The notes under the pieces are model-generated. The model was not told where the DNA came from. It did no database searches and was given only the letters and a program-made list of their open reading frames with translations. From Eledone cirrhosa (taxonomy: Eukaryota), in contig OZ024757.1 in the NCBI GenBank assembly GCA_964016885.1, positions 372,001 through 436,000 of the forward strand: a stretch of 64,000 nt of DNA, given 5' to 3'. This document shows positions 1 to 12,100 of this stretch, piece by piece. Made by a program: the position numbers and the translations under genes. Numbering within the stretch: the stretch's first letter is position 1; every line of letters begins with the position of its first letter.

Positions 1-519
1 GGTGTGAAGACATTAGCTACTTGGGTGAGATAGTGACATTAGGGTGAAGACAGTAGCTACTAGGGTGAGATAGTGACGTTGGGGTGAAGACAGTAGCTAC
101 AAGGGTGAGATCGTGACATTGGGGTGAAGACAGTAGCTACTAGGGTGAGATATTGACATTGTGGTGAAGACAGTAGCTACTAGGTTGAGATAGTGACATT
201 GGGGTGGAGACAGTAGCTACTAGGGTGAGATAGTGACATTGGGGTGAAGACAGTAGCTACAAGGGTGAGATCGTGACATTGGGGTGAAGACAGTAGCTAC
301 TAGGGTGAGATATTGACATTGGGGTGAAGACAGTATCTACTAGGATGAGATATTGACATTGGGTGAAGCGAGTAGCTACTAGGGTGAGATAGTGACATTG
401 GGGTGAATACAGTAGCTACTAGGGTGCGATAGTGACATTGGGTGAAGACAGTAGCTATTAGGTGAGATAGTGACATTGGGGTGAAGACAGTAGCTACTAG
501 GGTGAGATAGTGACATTGG

Positions 520-2215
520 GGTGGAGACAATAGTTACTAGGGTGAGATAGTGACATTAGGGTACAGACAGTTGCTACTATGGTGAGATAGTGACATTGGG
601 GTGAAGACAATAGCAACTAGGGTGAGATAGTGACATTGGGTGAAGACAATAGCTACTAGGGTGAGCTAGTGACATTGGGGTGAAGAAAATAGCAACTAGG
701 GGTGAGATAGTGACATTGGGGTGAAGACAATAGCTACTAGGCTGAGATAGTGAAGTTGCGGTGAAGACAGTAGCTACTTGGGTGAGATAGTGATATTGGG
801 GTGAAGACAGTAGCTACTAGGGTGAGATAGTGACATTAGGGTGAAGACATTAGCTACTAGAGTGATATTGTGAAATTGGGTTGCAGACAGTAGCTACTAG
901 GGTGAGAAAGTGACATTGGGGTGAAGACAATAGCTACTAGGGTGATATAGTGAGATTGGGTTGCAGACAGTAGCTACAAGGTTGAGATCGTGACATTGGG
1001 GTGAAGACAGTAGCTACTAGGGTGAGATATTGACATTGGGGTGAATACAGTAGCTACTAGGGTGAGATAGTGACATTGGGGTGAAGACAGTAGCTACAAG
1101 GGTGAGATCGTGACATTGGGGTGAAGACAGTAGATACTAGGGTAAGATAGTGACATTGTGGTGAAGATAGTAGCTACTAGGGTGAGATAGGGACATTGGG
1201 GTGACAACAGTAGCTACTAGGGTGAGATAGTGACATTAGGGTGAATACATTAGCTACTAGGGTAAGATAGTGACATTGGGGTGAAGACAGTAGCTACTAG
1301 GGTGAGAGAGTGACATTGGGGTGAAGACAATAGCTACAAGAGTTAGATAGTGACATTGGGTGAAGACAATAGCTACTAGGGTGAGAGAGTGACATTGATG
1401 TGAAGACATTCGCTACTTGGGTGAGATAGTGACATTGGGGTGAAGACAGTAGCTACTAGGGTGAGATAGTGACATTGGGGTGAAGACAGTAGCTACAAGG
1501 GTGAGATCGTGACTTTGGGGTGGAGACAGTAGCTACTTGGGTGAGATAGTGACATTGGGGTGAAGGCAGTAGCTACAAGGGCGAGATAGTGACATTGGGG
1601 TGAAGACAGTAGCTACAAGGGTGAGATCGTGACATTGGGGTGACGACAGTAGCTACTAGGGTGAGATAGTGACATTGGGGTGAATACAGAGCTACTAGGG
1701 TGCGATAGTGACATTGGGTGAAGACAGTAGCTACTAGGGTGAGATAGTGACATTGGGGTGAAGACAGTAGCTACTAGGGTGAGATAGTGACATTGGGGTG
1801 GAGACAATAGTTACTAGGGTGAGATAGTGACATTAGGGTACAGACAGTTGCTACTATGGTGAGATAGTGACATTGGGGTGAAGACAATAGCAACTAGGGT
1901 GAGATAGTGACATTGGGTGAAGACAATAGCTACTAGGGTGAGATACTGACATTGGGGTGAAGACAGTAGCTACTAGGGGTGAGATAGTGACATTGGGGTG
2001 AAGACAATAGCTACAAGGATGAGATAGTGACATTGCGGTGAAGACAGTAGCTACTTGGGTGAGGTAGTGATATTGGGGTGAAGACAGTAGCTACTAGGGT
2101 GAGATAGTGACATTAGGGTGAAGACATTAGCTACTAGAGTGATATAGTGAGATTGGGTTGCAGACAGTAGCTACTAGGGTGAGAAAGTGACATTGGGGTG
2201 AAGACAATAGCTACT
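520..2215 (+). repeat. Diverged block duplication, ~520-940 vs ~1797-2215 (offset 1277 bp)
   Basis: Rare markers recur at offset 1277: GTGGAGACAATAGTTAC 521/1798, GTACAGACAGTTGC 561/1838, TTGCAGACAG 881/2158. The two copies differ at several positions. Confidence 0.85.
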
Positions 2216-3619
2216 AGGGTGAGATAGTGACATTAGAGTGAAGACAGTAGCTACTAGGGTGCGATAGTGACATTGGGGTGAAGACAGTAGCTACTAGGGT
2301 GAGATAGTGACATTGGGGTGAAGACAGTAGGTACTAGGGTGAGATATTGACATTGGGGTGAAGACAGTAGCTACTAGGGTGAGATAGTGACATTGGGGTG
2401 AAGACAGTAGCTACTAGGGTGACATAGTGACATTGGGGTGAAGACAGTAGCTACTAGCGTGCGATAGTGACATTGGGGTGAAGACAGTAGCTACTAGGGT
2501 GAGATAGTGACATTGGGGTGGAGACAGTAGCTACTAGGGTGAGATAGTGACATTGGGGTGAAGACAGTAGCTACTAGGGTGAGATAGTAACATTGGGGTG
2601 AAGACAGGAGCTACTAGGGTGAGATAGTGACATTGGGGTGAAGACAGTAGCTACTAGGGTGAGATAGTGACATTGGGGTGAAGACAGTAGCTACTATGGT
2701 GGGATAGTGATATTGGGGTGAAGACAAAGCTACTAGGATGGGATAGTGACGTTGGGGTGAAGACAATAGCTACTAGGGTGAGATAGTGACATTGGGGTGA
2801 AGACAGTAGCTACTAGGGTGGGATAGTGATATGGGGTGAAGACAATAGCTACAAGGGTGAGATAGTGACATTGGGTGAAGACAATAGCTACTAGGGTGAG
2901 AGAGTGACATTGGGGTAAGAGAGTAGCTACTAGGGTGAGATAGTGACATTGGGGTGGAGATAGTAGCTACTAGGGAGAGATAGTGACATTGGGGTGAAGA
3001 CAGTAGCTACTAGGGTGTGATAGTGACATTAGGGTGAAGACAGTAGCTACTAGGGTGAGATAGTGACATTGGGGTGAAGACAGTAGCTACTATGGTGACA
3101 TAGTGACATTGGGGTGAAGACAATAGCTATTTGGGTGAGATAGTGACATTAGGGTGAAGACAGTAGCTACTAGGGTGACATAGTGACATTGGGGTGGAGA
3201 CAGTAGCTACTAAGGTGAGATAGTGACATTAGAGTGAAGACAGTAGCTACTAGGGTGTGATAGTGACATTGGGGTGAAGACAGTAGCTACTAGGGTGCGA
3301 TAGTTACTTTGGGTGAAGACAGTAGCTACTAGGGTGAGATAGTGACATTGGGGTGAAGACAGAAGCTACAAGGGTGAGATCGTGACATTGGGGTGAAGAC
3401 AGTAGCTACTAGGGTGAGATATTGACATCGGGGTGAAGACATTAGCTACTTGGGTGAGATATTGACATTAGTGTGAAGACAGTAGCTACTAGGGTGAGAT
3501 AGTGACATTGGGGTGAAGACAGTAGCTACAAGGGTGAGATCGTGATATTGGGGTGAAGACAGTCGCTACTAGGGTGAGATATTGACATTGGGGTGAATAC
3601 AGTAGCTACTAGGGTGAGA

Positions 3620-6600
3620 TAGTGACATTGGGGTGAAGACAGTAGCTACAAGGGTGAGATCGTGACATTGGGGTGAAGACAGTAGATACTAGGGTAAGAT
3701 AGTGACATAGGGGTGAAGACAGTAGCTACTAGGGTGGGATAGGGACATTGGGGTGACAACAGTAGCTACTAGGGTGTGATAGTGGCATTAGGGTGAATAC
3801 AATAGCTACTAGGGTGAGATAGTGACATTGGGGTGAAGACAGTAGATACTAGGGTGAGATAGTGACATTGGGGTGAAGACAATAGCTACAAGGGTTAGAT
3901 AGTGACATTGGGTGAAGACAATAGCTACTAGGGTGAGAGAGTGACATTAGGGTGAAGACAGTAGCTACTAGGGTGAGATAGTGACATTGGGGTGAAGACA
4001 GTAGCTACAAGGGTGAGATCGTGAAATTGGTGTGAAGACAGTAGCTACTAGGGTGAGATATTGACATTGGGGTGAAGACAGTAGCTACTAGGGTGAGATA
4101 GTGACATTGGGGTGTAGACAGTAGCTACTAGGGTGAGATAGTGACATTGGGGTGAAGAGAGTAGCTACAAGGGTGAGATCGTGACATTGGGGTGAAGACA
4201 GTAGCTACTAGGGTGAGATATTGACATTGGGGTGAAGACAGTAGCTACTAGGGTGAGATATTGACATTGGGTGAAGAGAGTAGCTACTAGGATGATATAG
4301 TGACATTGGGGTGAAGACAGTAGCTAATAGGGTGAGATAGTGACATTGGGTGAAGACAGTAGCTACTAGGGTGAGATAGTGACATTGGGGTGAAGACAGT
4401 AGCTACTAGGGTGAGATAGTGACATTGGGTGAAGACAGTAGCTACTAGGGTGAGATAGTGACATTGGGGTGAAGACAGTAGCTACTAGGGTGAGATAGAG
4501 ACATTGGGGTGAAGACAGGAGCTACTAGGGTGAGATAGAGACATTGGGGTGAAGACAGGAGCTACTAGGGTGAGATAGTGACATTGGGGTGAAGACAGTA
4601 GCTACTAGGGTGAGATAGAGACATTGGGGTGAAGACAGGAGCTACTAGGGTGAGATAGTGACATTAGGGTGAATACAATAGCTACTAGGGTGAGATAGTG
4701 ACATTGGGGTGAAGACAGTAGATACTAGGGTGAGATAGTGACATTGGGGTGAAGACAATAGCTACAAGGGTTAGATAGTGACATTGGGTGAAGAGAATAG
4801 CTACTAGGGTGAGAGAGTGACATTGGTGTGAAGACAGTAGCTACTAGGGTGAGATAGTGACATTGGGGTGAAGACAGTAGCTACAAGGGCGAGATCGTGA
4901 CTTTGGGGTGAAGACAGTAGCTACTAGGGTGAGATATTGACATTGGGGTGAAGACAGTAGCTACTAGGGTGAGATAGTGACATTGGGGTGTAGACAGTAG
5001 CTACTAGGGTGAGATAGTGACATTGGGGTGAAGAGAGTAGCTACAAGGGTGAGATCGTGACATTGGGTTGAAGACAGTAGCTACTAGGGTGAGATATTGA
5101 CATTGGGGTGAAGACAGTAGCTACTAGTGTGAGATATTGACATTGGGGTGAAGACAGTAGCTACTAGGGTGAAATAGTGACATTGAGGTGAAGACAGTAG
5201 CTAATAGGTTGCGATAGTGACATTGGGTGAAGACAGTAGCTACTAGGGTGAGATAGTGACATTGGGGTGAAGACAGTAGCTACTAGGGTGAGATAGTGAC
5301 ATTGGGGTGAAGACAGGAGCTACTAGGGTGAGATAGTGACATTGGGGTGAAGACAGTAACTACTAGGGTGACATAGTGACATTGGGGTGAAGACAATAGC
5401 TATTTTGGTGAGATAGTGACATTGGGGTGAAGACAAAGCTACTACGATGTGATAGTGACATTGGGGTGAAGACAATAGCTACTACGGTGAGATAGTGACA
5501 TTGGGGTGAAGACATTAGCTACTTGGGTGAGATAGTGACATTAGGGTGAAGACAGTAGCTACTAGGGTGAGATAGTGACATCAGGGTGAAGACAGTAGCT
5601 ACAAGGGTGAGATCGTGACATCGGGGTGAAGACAGTAGCTACTAGGGTGAGATATTGACATTGAGGTGAAGATAGTAGCTACTAGGGTGAGATATTGACA
5701 TTGGGTGCAGACAGTAGCTACTAGGGTGAGATAGTGACATTGGGGTGAAGACAGTAGCTACTAGGGTGCGATAGTGACATTGGGTGAAGACAGTAGCTAC
5801 TAGGGTGAGATAGTGATATTGGGGTGAAGACAGTAGCTACTAGGGTGAGATAGTGACATTGGGTGAAGGCAATAGCTACTAGGGTGAGAGAGTGACATTG
5901 GTGTGAAGACATTAGCTACTTGGGTGAGATAGTGACACTAGGGTGAAGACAGTAGCTACTAGGGTGAGATAGTGACATCAGGGTGAAGACAGTAGCTACG
6001 AGGGTGAGATCGTGACATCGGGGTGAAGACAGTAGCTACTAGGGTGAGATATTGACATTGGGGTGAATACAGTAGCTACTAGGGTGAGATAGTGACATTG
6101 GGGTGAAGACAGTAGCTACAAGGGTGAGATCGTGACATTGGGGTGAAGACAGTAGATACTAGGGTAAGATAGTGACATTGGGGTGAAGACAGTAGCTACT
6201 ACGGTGAGATAGGGACATTGGGGTGACAACAGTAGCTACTAGGGTGAGATAGTGACATTAGGGTGAATACATTAGCTACTAGGGTGAGATAGTGACATTG
6301 GGGTGAAGACAGTAGATACTAGGGTGAGATAGTGACATTGGGGTGAAGACAATAGCTACAAGGGTTAGATAGAGACATTGGGGTGAAGACAGTAGCTACA
6401 AGGGTGAGATCGTGACATTGGGGTGAAGACAGTAGATACTAGGGTAAGATAGTGACATTGGGGTGAAGACAGTAGCTACTAGGGTGGGATAGGGACATTG
6501 GGGTGACAACAGTAGCTACTAGGGTGTGATAGTGGCATTAGGGTGAATACAATAGCTACTAGGGTGAGATAGTGACGTTGGGGTGAAGACAGTAGATACT

Positions 6601-9120
6601 AGGGTGAGATAGTGACATTGGGGTGAAGACAATAGCTACAAGGGTTAGATAGTGACATTGGGTGAAGACAATAGCTACTAGGGTGAGAGAGTGACATTAG
6701 GGTGAAGACAGTAGCTACTAGGGTGAGATAGTGACATTGGGGTGAAGAGAGTAGCTACAAGGGTGAGATCGTGACATTGGGGTGAAGACAGTAGCTACTA
6801 GGGTGAGATAGTGACATTGGGTGAAGAGAGTAGCTACTAGGATGATATAGTGACATTGGGGTGAAGACAGTAGCTAATAGGGTGAGATAGTGACATTGGG
6901 TGAAGACAGTAGCTACTAGGGTGAGATATTGACATTGGGTGAAGAGAGTAGCTACTAGGATGATATAGTGACATTGGGGTGAAGACAGTAGCTACTAGGG
7001 TGAGATATTGACATTGGGTGAAGAGAGTAGCTACTAGGATGATATAGTGACATTGGGGTGAAGACAGTAGCTAATAGGGTGAGATAGTGACATTGGGTGA
7101 AGACAGTAGCTACTAGGGTGAGATAGTGACATTGGGGTGAAGACAGTAGCTACTAGGGTGAGATAGTGACATTGGGTGAAGACAGTAGCTACTAGGGTGA
7201 GATAGTGACATTGGGGTGAAGACAGTAGCTACTAGGGTGAGATAGAGACATTGGGGTGAAGACAGGAGCTACTAGGGTGAGATAGAGACATTGGGGTGAA
7301 GACAGGAGCTACTAGGGTGAGATAGTGACATTGGGGTGAAGACAGTAGCTACTAGGGTGAGATAGAGACATTGGGGTGAAGACAGGAGCTACTAGGGTGA
7401 GATAGTGACATTAGGGTGAATACAATAGCTACTAGGGTGAGATAGTGACATTGGGGCGAAGACAGTAGATACTAGGGTGAGATAGTGACATTGGGGTGAA
7501 GACAATAGCTACAAGGGTTAGATAGTGACATTGGGTGAAGAGAATAGCTACTAGGGTGAGAGAGTGACATTGGTGTGAAGACAGTAGCTACTAGGGTGAG
7601 ATAGTGACATTGGGGTGAAGACAGTAGCTACAAGGGCGAGATCGTGACTTTGGGGTGAAGACAGTAGCTACTAGGGTGAGATATTGACATTGGGGTGAAG
7701 ACAGTAGCTACTAGGGTGAGATAGTGACATTGGGGTGTAGACAGTAGCTACTAGGGTGAGATAGTGACATTGGGGTGAAGAGAGTAGCTACAAGGGTGAG
7801 ATCGTGACATTGGGTTGAAGACAGTAGCTACTAGGGTGAGATATTGACATTGGGGTGAAGACAGTAGCTACTAGTGTGAGATATTGACATTGGGGTGAAG
7901 ACAGTAGCTACTAGGGTGAAATAGTGACATTGAGGTGAAGACAGTAGCTAATAGGTTGCGATAGTGACATTGGGTGAAGACAGTAGCTACTAGGGTGAGA
8001 TAGTGACATTGGGGTGAAGACAGTAGCTACTAGGGTGAGATAGTGACATTGGGGTGAAGACAGGAGCTACTAGGGTGAGATAGTGATATTGGGGTGAAGA
8101 CAGTAACTACTAGGGTGACATAGTGACATTGGGGTGAAGACAATAGCTATTTTGGTGAGATAGTGACATTGGGGTGAAGACAAAGCTACTACGATGTGAT
8201 AGTGACATTGGGGTGAAGACAATAGCTACTACGGTGAGATAGTGACATTGGGGTGAAGACATTAGCTACTTGGGTGAGATAGTGACATTAGGGTGAAGAC
8301 AGTAGCTACTAGGGTGAGATAGTGACATCAGGGTGAAGACAGTAGCTACAAGGGTGAGATCGTGACATCGGGGTGAAGACAGTAGCTACTAGGGTGAGAT
8401 ATTGACATTGAGGTGAAGATAGTAGCTACTAGGGTGAGATATTGACATTGGGTGCAGACAGTAGCTACTAGGGTGAGATAGTGACATTGGGGTGAAGACA
8501 GTAGCTACTAGGGTGCGATAGTGACATTGGGTGAAGACAGTAGCTACTAGGGTGAGATAGTGATATTGGGGTGAAGACAGTAGCTACTAGGGTGAGATAG
8601 TGACATTGGGTGAAGGCAATAGCTACTAGGGTGAGAGAGTGACATTGGTGTGAAGACATTAGCTACTTGGGTGAGATAGTGACATTAGGGTGAAGACAGT
8701 AGCTACTAGGGTGAGATAGTGACATCAGGGTGAAGACAGTAGCTACGAGGGTGAGATCGTGACATCGGGGTGAAGACAGTAGCTACTAGGGTGAGATATT
8801 GACATTGGGGTGAATACAGTAGCTACTAGGGTGAGATAGTGACATTGGGGTGAAGACAGTAGCTACAAGGGTGAGATCGTGACATTGGGGTGAAGACAGT
8901 AGATACTAGGGTAAGATAGTGATATTGGGGTGAAGACAGTAGCTACTACGGTGAGATAGGGACATTGGGGTGACAACAGTAGCTACTAGGGTGAGATAGT
9001 GACATTAGGGTGAATACATTAGCTACTAGGGTGAGATAGTGACATTGGGGTGAAGACAGTAGCTACTAGGGTGAGATAGTGACATTGGGGTGAAGACAAT
9101 AGCTACAAGGGTTAGATATT
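3620..9120 (+). repeat. Tandem block duplication, period ~2747-2750 bp (~69 monomers)
   Basis: AGGGTGGGATAGGGAC 3731/6481 (2750); TTGACATTGGGTGAAGAGAGTAGCTACTAGGATGATATAG 4261/7008 and AAGAGAATAG 4791/7538 (2747); identical ORF translations at 5721/8468 (2747). Confidence 0.9.
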
Positions 9121-12100
9121 GACATTGGGTGAAGACAATAGCTACTAAGGTGAGAGAGTGACATTGGTGTGAAGACATTAGCTACCTGGGTGAGATAGTG
9201 ACATTAGGGTGAAGACAGTAGCTACTAGGATGAGATAGTGACATTGGGGTGAAGACAGTAACTACAAGGGTGAGATCGTGACATTGGGGTGAAAACAGTA
9301 GCTACTAGGGTGAGATATTGACATTGGGGTGAAGACAGTAGCTACTATGGTGAGATAGTGACATTGGGGTGAAGACAATAGCTATTTGGGTGAGATAGTA
9401 ATATTGGGGTGAAGACAAAGCTACTAGGATGGGATAGTGACATTGCGGTGAAGACAATAGCTACTAGGGTGAGATGGTGACATTGGGGTGAAGACAATAG
9501 CTACTAGGGTGAGATAGTGACATTGGGGTGAAGACAGTAGCTACTAGGGTGGGATAGTGACATTGGGTGAAGACAATAGCTACTAGGGTGAGAGAGTGAC
9601 ATTGGGGTAAGAGAGTAGCTACTAGGGTGAGATAGTGACATTGGGGCTAAGACAGTAGATACTGGGTGAGATAGGACATTGGGGTGAAGACAATAGCTAT
9701 TTGGGTGAGATAGTGACATTGGGGTAAGAGAGTAGCTACTAGGGTGAGATAGTGACATTGGGGTAAGAGAGTAGCTACTAGGGTGAGATAGTGACATTGG
9801 GGTGAAGACAGAAGCTACTAGGGTGTGATAGTGACATTAGGCTGAAGACAGTAGCTACGAGTGTGAGATAGTGACATTGGGGTGAAGACAGTAGCTACTA
9901 GGGTGAGATAGTGACATTGGGGTGAAGACAGTAGCTACTAGGGTGCGATAGTTACATTGGGTGAAGACAGTAGCTACTAGGGTGAGATAGTGACATTGGG
10001 GAGAAGACAGTAGCTACTAGGGTGCGATAGTTACATTGGGTGAAGACAGTAGCTACTAGAGTGAGATCGTGACATTGGGGTGAAAACAGTAGCTACTAGG
10101 GTGAGATATTGACATCGGGGTGAAGACAGTAGCTACTAGGGTGAGATATTGACATCGGGGTGAAGACAGTAGCTACTAGGGTGCGATAGTGACATTGGGT
10201 GAAGACAGTAGCTACTAGGGTGAGATAGTGACATTGGGGTGAAGACAGTAGCTACTAGGGTGAGATAGTGACATTGGGTGAAGACAATAGCTACTAGGGT
10301 GAGAGAGTGACATTGGTGTGAAGACATTAGCTACTTGGGTGAGATAGTGACATTAGGGTGAAGACAGTAGCTACTAGGGTGAGATGGTGACATTGGGGTG
10401 AAGACAGTAGCTACAAGGGTGAGATCGTGACATTGGGGTGAAGACAGTCGCTACTAGGGTGAGATATTGACATTGGGGTGAATACAGTAGCTACTAGGGT
10501 GAGATAGTGACATTGGGGTGAAGACAGTAGCTACACGGGTGAGATCGTGACATTGGGGTGAAGACAGTAGATACTAGGGTAAGATAGTGACATTGGGGTG
10601 AAGACAGTAGCTACTAGGGTGAGATAGGGACATTGGGGTGACAACAGTAGCTACTAGTTTGAGATAGTGACATTAGGGTGAATACAATAGCTACTAGGGT
10701 GAGATAGTGACATTGGGGTGAAGACAGTAGCTACTAGGGTGAGATAGTGACATTGGGGTGAAGACAATAGCTACAAGGGTTAGATAGTGACATTGGGTGA
10801 AGACAATAGCTACTAGGGTGAGAGAGTGATATTGGTGTGAAGACATTAGCTACTTGGGTGAGATAGTGACATTAGGGTGAAGACAGTAGCTACTAGGGTG
10901 AGATAGTGACATTGGGGTGAAGACAGTAGCTACAAGGGTGAGATCGTGACATTGGGGTGAAGACAGTAGATACTAGGGTGAGATATTGACATTGGGGTGA
11001 AGACAGTAGCTACTAGGGTGAGATATTGACATTGGGTGAAGAGATTAGCTACTAGGATGAGATAGTGACATTGGGGTGAAGACAGTAGCTACTAGGGTGA
11101 GATAGTGACATTGGGGTGAAGAGAGTAGCTACAAGGGTGAGATCGTGACATTGGGGTGAAGACAGTAGATACTAGGGTGAGATATTGACATTGGGGTGAA
11201 GACAGTAGCTACTAGGGTGAGATATTGACATTGGGGTGAAGACAGTAGCTAATAGGGTGCGATAGTGACATTGGGTGAAGACAGTAGCTACTAGGGTGAG
11301 ATAGTGACATTGGGGTGAAGACAGTAGCTACTAGGGTGAGATAGTGACATTGGGGTGTAGACAGTAGCTACTAGGGTGAGATAGTGACATTGGGGTGAAG
11401 AGAGTAGCTACAAGGGTGAGATCGTGACATTGGGGTGAAGACAGTAGCTACTAGGGTGAGATAGTGACATTGGGGTGAAGAGAGTAGCTACTAGGGTGAG
11501 ATAGTGACATTGGGGTGAAGAGAGTAGCTACAAGGGTGAGATCGTGACATTGGGGTGAAGACAGTAGATACTAGGGTGAGATATTGACATTGGGGTGAAG
11601 ACAGTAGCTACTAGGGTGAGATAGTGACATTGGGGTGAAGAGAGTAGCTACAAGGGTGAGATCGTGACATTGGGGTGAAGACAGTAGATACTAGGGTGAG
11701 ATATTGACATTGGGGTGAAGACAGTAGCTACTAGGGTGAGATATTGACATTGGGGTGAAGACAGTAGCTAATAGGGTGCGATAGTGACATTGGGTGAAGA
11801 CAGTAGCTACTAGGGTGAGATAGTGACATTGGGGTGAAGACAGTAGCTACAAGGGTGAGATAGTGACATTGGGGTGTAGACAGTAGCTACAAGGGTGAGA
11901 TCGTGACATTGGGGTGAAGACAGTAGCTACTAGGGTGAGATAGTGACATTGGGGTGTAGACAGTAGCTACTAGGGTGAGATAGTGACATTGGGGTGTAGA
12001 CAGTAGCTACAAGGGTGAGATCGTGACATTGGGGTGAAGAGAGTAGCTACAAGGGTGAGATCGTGACATTGGGGTGAAGACAATAGCTACTAGGGTGAGA

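Noticed and set aside
97-116. Tight linkage of ACAAGGG with GATCGTG as structural covariation
   Set aside because: The two changes do not create complementary pairing, and the linkage is explained by a single ancestral monomer type.
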